NCBI RefSeq assembly: GCF_004010195.1 | Contig: NC_057719.1 | Span: forward strand, 58,339,048 to 58,359,047 | Origin: Chiloscyllium plagiosum | Taxonomy: Eukaryota | DNA length: 20,000 nucleotides | Direction of reading: 5' to 3' | In this document: positions 1 to 10,645 of the stretch, piece after piece | Numbering within the stretch: position 1 is the first letter of the stretch | How the letters are laid out: the number at the start of each line of letters is the position of its first letter | Notes under the pieces: model-generated | What the model was told of the DNA's origin: nothing | The model's database searches: none | The model's input: the letters and a program-made list of their open reading frames with translations, nothing else | Position numbers and translations under genes: made by a program

Positions 1-292
1 CTTAAAAGAAGTCCTGTGATTTACATATTAATGAACTGAAACCTGCAACCCATTCTATAAGTTAAAGACTTAACAACAATAATCTAGGTTTGGGAACCAT
101 ATCATTTTACTTGCATGACACCATGATCTTTCGCTATAAATTCTGTGTCTTATGGTCCTGCTTCACAACCACCTGAAGAAGGAGCAGTGCTCCAAAAGCT
201 AGTGCTTTCAAATAAACCTGGTGGACCATAATCTGAAGTTGTATGATTTTTAACTTTGTCCACTCCCGTCCAACTCTGGCTCCTTCACATCA
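1..292 (+). mobile_element. Penelope-like element terminal (pLTR/3') fragment containing a hammerhead relic
   Basis: CAC-CTGAAGA-A-GGAGC-AGT-GCTCC-AAAA-GCTA-GTG at 170-204, then AATAAA and a tail resembling shark Penelope termini as I recall them. The left boundary lies outside the window. Confidence 0.65.
170..204 (+). ncRNA. Minimal type I hammerhead ribozyme relic (GAAA core mutated to AAAA)
   Basis: CUGANGA at 173-179; perfect 5-bp stem II GGAGC/GCTCC; palindromic AGCT stem III; stem I CAC/GTG. Confidence 0.65.
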
Positions 293-344
293 TGTTTTCC
301 AAGTTGGTCAGTGTTAGACCAGAGTCAGTCAAGGGTTTTTTAAA

Positions 345-1361
345 ACTTACTTGTTGGTCATGGGCATTGCTGGCTGGCTGGCCCATCCTTAGTTGAGGTG
401 GTGGTAATAAGTTGCTTTCTTGGACCACTGTAGCTCACATGCTATAGGCTGACCCGCAATGAGCTTAGGAAGGAAATTCCAGGATTTTGATCCAGCAAAA
501 TTGAAGGAACAGTGATATATTTCCAAGTCAGGATGGTGAGCAGCTTGATGGGGAACTTACATATGGTGGTGTTCCCAGAAATCTGCTGCCTTTGCCCTTC
601 GATATGGAAGTACTTGTTGGTGTGGAAGGTACCGTCTTAGGATCTTTGGTGAATTTCTGCAGTGCATCTTGTAGATAGTACACACTGCTGTGACAGAGCA
701 TTGCTGGTGGAGTGAGTGGATGCTTGTGTAAGTGGTGCTAATCAAGCAGGCTGCTTTGTCCTGGATGACGTCTAGCTTCTCGAGTCTTATTGGAGCTGCA
801 CCAATCCAGGCAATTGGGGAGCATTTAATCACACTGCTGACTTCTGCTGAGCAGATGGTGGACAGGCTTTAGCAAATCAGGAACTACATTACTTGTCACA
901 GTATTCTTAGCCACTGATCTGTTCTTGTAGCCATTGGGTTTATGAGGCAATTCTAGTTGACATTCTGGTCAATGGTAACTTCAGCGGCATTGACAGTGGT
1001 GTATTCAGTGTTGGTAATGTCAAGGTGTGATTAGATTGCCTCTGATTTATGTGGTATGAATGTTGCCTGTCACTTATCAGTCCAAGCCTGGATATTGTAC
1101 AGATCTTGTTGCATTTGAACATGGACTTCTTCAGTATTTGAGGAGTCATGAATTCTGCTAAACATTGTGCAATCATTGGCAAACATCCCTACGTCTGACC
1201 TTACAATTGAGGGAAGGCCATCAATGAAACAGCTGAAAATGGTTGGGCATTAGATACTACCCTAAGGAATTCCCGCAGAGATGGCATGGAGCTGAGGTGA
1301 CTGACCTCCAACGATACTACCATCTTCCTGTATGCCAGTTATGACTCTTACCAGCGGAGAG
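345..1361 (-). mobile_element. Degenerate 5'-truncated CR1-group LINE (RT C-terminal part and 3' end), a different family from the HER1-like copies
   Basis: The minus strand encodes GMFANDC (degenerate FADD) near 1170-1190. ORF 557-832 (SPIAWIGAAP..KLDVIQDKAACLI) resembles the post-RT region of CR1-group ORF2. Multiple frameshifts. Confidence 0.75.
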
Positions 1362-1450
1362 TTGATGAAGGGCGTATGCTCAAAATGTCGACTCTCCTGC
1401 TCCTCGGATGCTGCCTGACCTGCTATGCTTTTCCAGTGCTATCCTTTTCA
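1362..1450 (+). mobile_element. Short Penelope-derived terminal fragment with hammerhead relic
   Basis: TGATGA-A-GGGC-GTAT-GCTC-AAAA-TGTC-GACTCTCC followed by GATGCTGCCTGACCTGCT..CTTTTCCAG, a motif I recall as abundant in elasmobranch genomes. Confidence 0.6.
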
Positions 1451-1479
1451 ACGATGATTTCAATGTGAGCAGTCAGGGT

Positions 1480-1900
1480 CCTCTCTGGAAAGGCAAGGAT
1501 TCTGTCCTCATAGGGGTGAAGAGTTGAATGCTGGGCATCCCACAACCTGTCTTGGCTCTGTTTGCCTTATTGTGGGCTGTTTTCTCCTTGAGATGGAGGA
1601 AGGAACTGAGTGAGATGAAAGTGCCTGGCATAAATATTAATGCTTGTGCAGGTGGGGGAAAGGTGGCAAGGTGACCTGAGTGAGTTGGAAGTGCAGAGGG
1701 CATGGGTTGAGATGGGTGAGAGTGATTGAGCAAGGAGGCTACATACAACTGAGACTGGTAGACCATAAGATGAACCTACAGTGATGGCAACTTCAGACAG
1801 AAGAGTGACAGAGTATTTGCCATAGTCTCCTCTTACTGTGCTCTTTTCCACGAACCCATCCACCATGTCCCTGTCATCAACTTGGGTTTCTAAATCTTCA
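1480..1900 (-). pseudogene. Decayed Harbinger/PIF transposon Myb/SANT-like (NAIF1-like) gene remnant, probably two exons
   Basis: Minus strand: pyrimidine tract and AG acceptor at 1588-1587, then EKTAHNKANRAKTGCGMPSIQLFTP (1-nt frameshift) YEDRIL. This resembles the EK.AHN..E...TGGG.P....LTP.EE motif of Harbinger Myb/NAIF1-like proteins. The upstream DDRDMVDGFVEK...SEVAITV resembles the Myb-like helices. Confidence 0.5.
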
Positions 1901-3230
1901 GAGTTCATGGAGAAGAAACTTCCTTGCAACTCATCGAAACTGACACTTCGCCAATTTTTGACAAAACTCAGACCTACAAATTTGACTTTTGCCAAGAAAA
2001 ACTGAAGGTAGAGAATGATTGCTGTCTTGCCACTCACCTACATGACAAGAACAAGTAAAAGAGGAATAGACTTGACAGTATCATAAAATCATAATTGTCT
2101 TTGAACATTATAAAGGAGAAAATAATAGAGCAGCTAAGGAAATAAGTTACTTCCTAATTTTGCTTCAGCATATCAGACTCCGTATTTAGCAACTACTTTC
2201 TCTGTCCCTTCAAATGTTCTTTACTACACATTCATCTGAACCTTAAAATGAGCATATTAAATGAAGTAATTCATACCTTTTCCCTTAGTCGTTGTCCTCA
2301 GGGTGAATGAATCAATTCCTCATAAAGTGAGTCATCTGAGCCTGTTTCTGAAAATAGTGTGCAAGAGCAGAATTGTGCAACTGGTCTAAAACACTCTCAG
2401 AAGACATGACTATTGAATATTGTGTGGCCTATGATATAAAAAAAAGACAGAAAACTACTGTATGTTTATTGGATGAAGCAGCACATTTGTTCCATAATGC
2501 AATGTTACAAAATAGAATTATTGACAATGCAGCAACCCATTCATTAAAAACCAATTAAAGAACATCTATGAATATAAGATTAGAGAGGAACCTGTCTTCT
2601 TTTCTGCACAAAGTTTGGTACTTAGTAATCATCATTTTCTAAATTAAAATACAGTTTGAAATTGATTATTTTTACAAAGCATTTATAGTTGTATCCTGAA
2701 TCACTGAAAATACAGGAACCAAGTTGTGCATATGAATAAGATCATGTCTCTACATGACTGGAAGAGCTATCCTATATCAGATTTAAATATAGGCCACTGA
2801 ATTGCTTAGACAGTTGCTCAGTGACCAGATGATCTACTGATTTTTAAAAGGAATGTTATACTCTGTCATGTACACATTAATTAATCTGGAAAGATTCAAA
2901 GCAATTTTGAAAAAAATGGATTTCAGTTTCAATCCTGTAAAACTACCTCTGATGTAATCATCAAAGTTGACATTGCAAAACTCTAACAACATTTGTGATG
3001 ATCTTTTTAAAACACATCAGTAGATTTGAAAGAGAATCCTGCATACAACCCATTGAGTAGCTCTTGAGATGAATCATATCAAATAAAATTAACTTGGGAT
3101 ATTTCGTCTCAATAATAATTAAGGGAAGAAAAAGAGGTGCAGGCATAAAAGTCTGAGGAATAAGATAATTTTTTAAAAAATGTTTGAAAACACATCTATT
3201 ACTTAGAACAATATTCCAATACAGGAATTA

Positions 3231-4685
3231 TGTGATGCATGGTGTCTGATTTTTCACATATTTTTACGCCAGTTGTTTGGATTTGGAATTTGTGTCAAAT
3301 GGGTTTTCTGAGAGTCTGAAAGGGTTTAATGAATAACTTATAAATAATTCTGTTGTCATGGTGATTTCTTTTAAAACACAGTATTAGAGACTTCCTGGAG
3401 AGTAATGGAGTTTTATTTACCTTGTGAGTGTTTTCAACCGAACAAAATAAACAGTGCAGAGCATTAGGCTTTCAGATTGTGGATTTTCTTTGAGCTTCAA
3501 GGAAACATCCATAGCTTGGGAAAAAAAGCTTTTTGGTTTCACTTTGGAGCAGCTTTACAGGTGTCTTGGCTGGAGCTCAATGTGTAAAGCAGTTACTTTT
3601 GAGAAAAGTACATTGTTTTGGGACCATGACGAAAGAGGTAACTTCAGTCTATTGGATAAGGCTGAAGATAACAGGAACCAACAGGAACTGGTAAGAGACT
3701 TAACAATAGGCTGCTATGTGAATGGAATTACGCTGAGTCAGTCAGGTCTGCTAAGAGTTAAAATGGTAGGCAATTATGGACGGCTCACATTTGAACAAAA
3801 CATTTGGGATTGTTAATGTGCATGAATAGGTCCAAATAAGGCATGTATTTGGCAAAAACATTCAGGATTGGTCATGTGCACAGATAATTCCAAATAAGGC
3901 ACACACCTTGTACACATACTTGTGCATGAAGAGCCTGAAATATGTTTTTTCAAAAACACCTCACATCAGGAAGTGTGGTGAAGACGTTGAACAGTTTCAG
4001 CCTCGCCAGCTGTCAACTTTCCCAGGTAATAACGGTTGGGTTTAATTACAGAAATCAGGGTAGTGAAAGACAGTGATTGAGATATCTCTAATAGTTAAAA
4101 GGGTGTGTTAGTTGTTTACGTACTTAAAAAATGAATTGTGGTTTTATAGAGCTCTAAGTGTCTGCACTGTATCTGTGTCTATGTATGTACAGTTGTTTCT
4201 CAGATATAGGCAACAAATATAAGGAGGTTCGTTTAAAAGTTACAAACCAGAAGTGTTTGGTTAAAACCCTGAAGGTATTATAAGAAGCATTAAAATCAAA
4301 GCTCACAAATATGACAAACCAAGGATGAGACTACCAGATTCTCAGGACCAGGAATTGAAGGACAGGTAAGTTGATCATATGTGTGATGGACAAGGGAATT
4401 CTCTCTGCTGTTTGAGCACTGAAATGGGACGCTGTTGGAATTAACGGCACTGTATTTAATATAATTTTTCTTAAATTTATGGTATATGTAAATAGCTTGC
4501 GATATTCTATTTTATCTTCATTTCGTTAGCATAATAAACTTCTGTTTTATTGTTAAACCCAAATCTGCATCATTGTATATTTCAGCAAAAGACCATCTCA
4601 TTAAAACTAAGAGAAAAATAAATACAATCTATCAAGCCAGATTTCAGTCTGTTATCTAATTAAGCTGAATCATAAAAAAAAAACA
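3231..4685 (+). mobile_element. Probable solo LTR (Gypsy-like)
   Basis: Begins TGTGATG and ends CAT(A)nCA. Flanked by a 4-bp direct repeat ATTA (3227-3230, 4686-4689). AATAAA at 4533-4538; internal direct repeat TCCAAATAAGGCA (~3831 and ~3888). No recognisable gag/pol sequence. Confidence 0.5.
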
Positions 4686-4899
4686 ATTAAACGTATAAGT
4701 TTCATATTTTGTTACTATATTGGAACATGGATTCTAAAAAGGCAATAATTCTGCTTTTAAGTTCTGTGAAGGTGATGACTGTTATGTGAGAAATTAATTT
4801 AATTTTAGCAGTGGATCAAAATATACTGTAACCTAAGCAAAAGAACTAGACGTGCTCTCTGATGAGATAATTGCTGAAGACTCAAAAACTCTCAACAGT

Positions 4900-5302
4900 C
4901 AGAGGAAATTCTGACTCATCTCAGCCTTAAATTGGTGCCCCTTTATTCTGAGATTATGCCCTCGGACCTTTACTCTCCCATGAGGGAAACATCCTCTCAG
5001 AATTTACCAGCAAGCCTCTTATGAATTTTATATGTCTCAATGAGATTGCCACTCATTCTTCTAAATTCCAAGTAGTATACCAACTAATTTAGCTTTTGCT
5101 CCGAAGACAATCCCTCCATACCAGGAATGATTCTGGTGAACCTCTGACCTGCCTCTAATGAAATAATATATTTTCTTTAATAAGCAGAAACTGCTCACAA
5201 GACTGCAAATGTGGTCTCACCAGCACCTTGTACAGTTGCAGTAAGATTTCTCTACATTGTACCCCAACCCTCTTGAAATAAGGCCAACATTCCATTCACC
5301 TT
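4900..5302 (-). mobile_element. Older CR1 LINE, 3' part (split by a younger CR1 insertion)
   Basis: The reverse complement resembles the CR1 ORF2 C-terminus. The sequence resumes at 9559 (..CCATTCACCTT|CCTTATTACTTGCTGC). Confidence 0.75.
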
Positions 5303-5656
5303 GGATGGGAAAAATTTCTGGCTGTAACAGCTGCTCCTTTTTTGAGATATTTTAGGTGTTGGAAGTGATTTCCTTGAATTCCAGGAGCAATAATTACTGT
5401 TTCATATGCTGTTGCATTGTTTTGGAACTTTGGAAATAAAAGTCAAAACAACAGAGTTTTAAAAAGGGAGCGGTACAGACAAAGGAAGCACATGGTGAGG
5501 TCAATGCAGGAGAGAGAGAGAAAGAAACTGCCACCACACTGAACCTGCATAGTTACTGCCTTTGCTGTTTAAATGAATACTTTTAACATGGACCAGTATT
5601 TTGTAGAGGAAAAGACGGTGTTATTTTCTGGGTCTGTAGATTGTGAAGGAGCAAAA

Positions 5657-6588
5657 ATGGCCTTTAGTAGAGTGATATGCGCTTTTTGTCAGATGTGGGA
5701 GTTTAAGGAGAGTTTACAGGTTACTGTGGATTATATCTGCAATAAATGCTGTTGTTTGCGAATCCTATCAGATCGAATGGATCAGTTGGACAGACAGTTA
5801 GAAGCAATGAGGAATTTGCAACAGCAATGGTATGTAATGCACGGCAGTTATAGGAAGGGAGAAAAGTCGCAGATACAGTCACATAGATGGGTTAACTCCA
5901 GGAAAGGTAAGAGAGGTGGCAGTTAGTTCAGGAATCTTCTGTGGCTATCCCCATTTCAAACAAGTATGCTGTTTTGCAAAATGTAGGGGTTGATCGATTC
6001 AGAGGGGAATGTAGCACAAACAGCCAAGTTTCTGGTATTGAGACTGGTTCTAATGCAATGAGGGGCATGTCAGGTTCCAAGAGATCAACAGTGTTAGGGG
6101 ACTCTCTAGTCCAAGGTACAGACAGACATTTCTGTGGCCAGCAGTGAAAAATCAGAATGGTATGTTGCTTCCCTGGTGCCAGGATCAAGGATGTCTCAGA
6201 GAGGGTGCAGAATGTTCTCACGGGGGAGAGGGGCCAGCAAGAGGTCATTGTCCATATTGGAACCAACGGCATTGGAAGGGAAAAGGTTGAGATTCTGAAG
6301 GGAGATTACAGAGAGTTAGACAAGAATTTAAAAAGATCCTCGAGAGTAGTAATATCTGGATTACTTCCAGTGCTACAAGCTAGTGAGGGCAGAAATAGGA
6401 GGATAGAGCAGATGAATGCATGGCTGAGGAGCTGGTGTATGGGACAAGGATTCACATTTTTGGATCATTGGAATCTCTTTTGGGATAGAAGTAACCTGTA
6501 AAAGAAGGACGGATTGCACCTAAATTGGAAGGGAACTAACATACTGGCAGGGAGATTTGCTGGAGCTGCTTGGGAGGATTTAAACTAA
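5657..6588 (+). pseudogene. CR1 ORF1p: Cys-rich zinc finger, coiled coil and SGNH/GDSL esterase; disrupted
   Basis: CAFCQMWE..YICNKC, heptad-like LSDRMDQLDRQLEAM, VLGDS, IVHIGTN, DGLHLN. Frameshift near 5920; stops at 6145 and 6499. Confidence 0.9.
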
Positions 6589-6706
6589 TATGGTGGGGGT
6601 GGGGGGTGGAATGCAGGGAGATAGTGAGGAAAGAAATCAATCTGATTGTACAGTTGCGAACAGAAGCGAGTCAAACAGTCAGGGCAGGCAGGGACAAGTT
6701 AGGACT

Positions 6707-9477
6707 ATAAATTAAACTGCATTTATTTCAATGCAAGGGGCTCAACAGGGAAGGCAGATGAACTCAGGGCATGGTTAGGAACATGGGACAGGGATATCAT
6801 AGCAATTACAGAAACATAGCTCAGGGATGGACAGGACTGGCAGCTTAACATTCCAGGATACACACACAGCAAGGATAGAAAGGGAGGCAAGAAAGGAGAG
6901 GAAGTGGCGTTTTTGATGAGGGATAGCATTACAGCTGTACTGTGGGAGGATATTCCTGGAAATACATCCAGGGAAGTTATTTGGGTAGAAATCAGAATTA
7001 AGAAAGGAATGATCACCTTATTGGGATTGTATTATAAACCCCCTAATAGTCAGAGGGAAATTAAGAAACAAATTTGTGAGGAGATTTCAGCTATCTGTAA
7101 GAATAATAGGGTGGTTACTGTAGGGGATTTTAACTTTTGAAGCATAGACTGAGACTGCCATAGTGTTAAGGATTTAGATGGAGAGGAACGTGTTAAGTGC
7201 GTACAAGAAAAATTTCTGATTCAGTCTGTGGATGTACCTACTAGAGAAGGTGAAACACTTGACCTATTCTTGGGAAATAAGGCAAGGCAGTGACAGGTGT
7301 CAGTGGCGGACCACTTTGGGGCAAGCAACCATAATTCTATTAGATTTAACATAGTGATGGAAAAGGATAGACCAGATCTAAAAGTTGAAGTTTTAAATTG
7401 GAGAAAGGCTAATTTTGACGGTATTAGGCAAGAACTTTCAAAAGCTGATTGGGGGCAAATGTTCGCAGGTAAAGGGACGGCTGGAAAATGGGAAGCCTTC
7501 AGAAATGAGATAACGAGAATCCAGAGAAAGTATATTCCTGTTAGGGTGAAAGGAAAGGCTGGTAGGTAGAAAAAGGAAGCATATGTCAGGTATAGACAGG
7601 AGAGATCGAGAGAATCCTTAGAAGACTATAAAGGCAGTACGAGTATACTTAAGGGGGAAATCAGGAGGGCAGAAAGGGGACATGAGATAGCTTTGGCAAA
7701 TAGAATTAAGGAGAATCCAAAGTGTTTTTACAAATTAAGGACAAAAGGGCAAGTAAGGAGAGAATAGGGCCTCTCAAAGATCAGCAAGGCAGCCTTTGTG
7801 TGGAACCACAGAAAATGGGGGAGATACTAAATGAGTATTTTGCATCAGTGTTTACTGTGGAATAGGACATGGAAGATATAGAATGTAGGGAAATAGATGG
7901 TGACATCTTGAAAAATGTCCATATTACAGAGGAGAAAGTGCTGGATGTCTTGAAACGCATAAAGGTGGATAAATCCGCAGAACCTGATCAACTGTACCCT
8001 AGAATTCTGTGGGAAGCTAGAGAAGTGATTGCTGGGCCTTTTGCTGAGCTATTTGTATCATTGGTAATCACAGGGGAGGTGCCGGAAAACTGGAGGATGG
8101 CTAACATGGTGCCACTGTTGAAAAAGGACAGGCCAGGGAACTATAGACCAGTGAGCCTGACATCAGTGGTGGGCAAGTTGTTGGAGGGATTCTTGAGGGA
8201 CAGAATGTACATCTATTTAGAAAGGCAAGGACTGATAAGGGATAGTCAACATGGCTTTAAGCGTGGGAAATCATGTCTCACAAACTTGATTGAATTTTTT
8301 TAAGAAGTAACAAAGAGGTTAGATCTCATGGAATACAGGGAGAACTAGCCATTTGGATACAGAATTGGCTCAAAGTTGGAAGACAGAGAGTGGTGGTGGA
8401 GTGTTGTTTTTCAGACTGGAGTCCTGTGACCAGTGGAGAGCCACAGGAATCAGTGCTGGTCCTCTACGTTACGTCATTTATATAAATGATTTGGATGTGA
8501 GCATGAGGTATAGTTTGCAGATGACACCAAAATTGGACATGTAGTGTACAGCGAAGAAGCTTTCCTCAGATTACAACAGGATCTTGATCAGACAGGTCAA
8601 TGGACTGAGAAATGGCAGATGGAGTTTAATTCAGCAAGTTTGCAGATGACACCAAATTTGGAGGTGTAGTGGATAGTGAAGAAGGCTACCTCAGAGTACA
8701 ATGGGATCTTGTTCCAATGTGCCAATGGGTTGAGTAGTGGCAGATAGAATTTAGTTTTGATAAATGTGAGATGCTGCATTTTGGGAAAGCAAATCTTAGC
8801 AGGACTTATACACTTAATGGTAAGGTCCTAGGGAGTGTTGCTGAACAAAGAGACCTTGCAGTGCAGGTTCATAACTTCTTGAAAGTGGAGTCGCAGGTAG
8901 ATAGGATAGTGAAGAAGGCATTTGGTATGCTTTCCTTTATTGGTCAGAGTATTGAGTACAGGGGTTGGGAGGTCATGTTGCGACTGTACAGGACATTGGT
9001 TAGACCACTGTTGGAATATTGCATGCAATTCTGGTATCCTTTCTATTGGAAAGATGTTATGAAACTTGAAAGGGTTCAGAAAAGATTTACAAGGATGTTG
9101 CCAGGGTTGGAGGATTTGAGCTATAGGGAGAGGCTGAACAGGCTGGTGCTGTTTTCCCTGGAGAGTCGGAGGCTGCGGGGTGACCTTATCGAAGTTTATA
9201 AAATTATGAGGGCATGGATAGGATAAATAGACAAAGTCTTTTCCCTGGGGTGGGGGTGTCCAGAACTAGAGGCATAGGTTTAGGGTGAGAGCGGAAAGAT
9301 ATAAAAGAGACTTCAGGGGAAACCTTTTCACACAGAGGGTGGTAACGTGTATGGAATGAGCTGCCAGAGGAAGTGGTGGATGCTGGTACAATGGGAACAT
9401 TTAAAAGGCATTTGGATGGGTATATAAATAGGAATGATTTGGAGGGATATGGGCCGGGTGCTGACAGGTGGGACTAG
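6707..9477 (+). pseudogene. CR1 ORF2p: APE endonuclease and reverse transcriptase; disrupted
   Basis: KLNCIYFNARG, GLYYKPPNS, VGDFNF, SNHNSIRF, PGNYRPVSLTSVVGK, QHGF..GKSCLTNLIEFF, FADDTK, YRTLVRPLLEYC. Multiple stops, frameshifts and deletions. Confidence 0.92.
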
Positions 9478-9558
9478 ATTGGGTTGGGATATCTGTTCAG
9501 CATGGACAGATTGGACTGAAAGGTCTGTTTCCGTGCTCTACATCTCTATGACTCTATA

Positions 9559-10445
9559 ACCTTCCTTATTACTTGCTGCACATGCCAGCTTTCTGTGTTT
9601 GATGCATATGTTCTTCAAAATCCTTGTTGCACCTTTCTAGTTTTTCTCCATTTAAGTAATACTTTGCTTTTGTTCTCCTTTTCAAAATGAACAACCTTTC
9701 ATTTTCCCACGTTATATTCCATTTGCCAACTTTTTCCCCACTTACCTAACCTATCAATTTAGTTCCGTAAACTGTTTGTGTCCCTCTTCCAACTTGGCTT
9801 TCCACCTATTATTTGTGTCATTTGCAAATTTGGCTACCATTTGTATGCTTTCTTCCTTCAAGTTATTAATATAACAGTTGAAGTCCCAGCACTGATCCAT
9901 GTGGAACCACACTGATTACAAGTTGCCAACCTGAAAGAGAGCCCCTTAGCGCCATTTGCTGCCATTATCCGATTCTCTATCCGTGCCAATATACTACTAC
10001 TAGCACTAAACACTCAACATATGACAACATTTTGAGGGCCCTTGTCAAACACTTTCTGGATGTCAATACACCATATCTATTGGTTTTCCTCTGGTTGAGA
10101 CTTTGTTGATAAACTAATACATTAAACAGGTGCAATTTCCTTTTCATGAAGCCATGCTGATTACTGCTATTACTTCCTTAATAATTAATTCCACATTTTT
10201 CCAACTGTAAAAGTTGTGCAACTCAACCTGGAGTTACCCACTTTTGTCTCTCCTTTTCTGAACAGGGGTGTCATATTAGCAATTGTCCAATGCTCTGGTA
10301 CCTCTCCAGAATTCAAGGCATTTTGGAAAATTACATTAATATCTCTGTAGCTACTTCTACTCGGATTATAGGATGCAAACCATAAGATCAGGAACTGGTC
10401 TGCCTTTAGCCAATTTAGGTTGTCTGATATTATTTCTCTAATGAT
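9559..10445 (-). mobile_element. Older CR1 LINE, upstream (RT) part, continuing from 4900-5302
   Basis: Minus-strand AKFANDT near 9815-9837 and ORF 10185-10448 (IFQNALNSGEVPEHWTIANMTPLFRKG). Confidence 0.8.
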
Positions 10446-10544
10446 CAAGGTAAGTACATCTATTCTTCCTTAAGGAGAGCTAAACTGCAATCAATACTCA
10501 GAGTGAGATCTCAATAGGGCCCGATAAAGCTGCGGTAAGACATC

Positions 10545-10645
10545 CTTACTCTTCACCTCAGACCCTCCCACAATGAAGGCCAACATATAATTTGCCTTCC
10601 TAACTACTTGCTACATTTGCATGCTTGCTTTCAGTGACCACATGT
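10545..10645 (-). mobile_element. Short antisense CR1 ORF2 fragment
   Basis: GAAGGCCAACATATAATTTGCCTTCCTAACTACTTGC is homologous to the reconstructed 5280-5302/9564-9580 junction sequence. Confidence 0.6.

Larger units (their letters stand above)
5303..9558 (+). mobile_element. Near full-length CR1 (HER1-like) LINE, inactivated; 5-bp TSD ACCTT
   Basis: 5'UTR, ORF1, ORF2 (APE and RT) and a 3' tail CTCTATGACTCTAT. ACCTT at 5298-5302 and 9559-9563. Confidence 0.93.

Noticed and set aside
1567..2037. 156-aa minus-strand ORF as an intact gene
   Set aside because: It starts at GTG, runs through a probable intron, and only part of it resembles a Harbinger Myb protein. A decayed relic explains it better.
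3454..3816. 120-aa ORF in the putative LTR
   Set aside because: Non-ATG start and no recognisable domain; consistent with a chance ORF.
5928..6272. Antisense ORF present in both long CR1 copies (also 19150-19530)
   Set aside because: It is a shadow of ORF1, and shared ancestry explains its presence in both copies. There is no independent evidence of function.
6592..6620. G-rich run between ORF1 and ORF2 as a functional G-quadruplex
   Set aside because: The run lengths differ in the second copy (~19875-19898) and the tracts are irregular, so function cannot be supported.
10447..10456. Consensus splice donor AAG|GTAAGT
   Set aside because: The upstream sequence is antisense CR1 with no convincing acceptor or exon.
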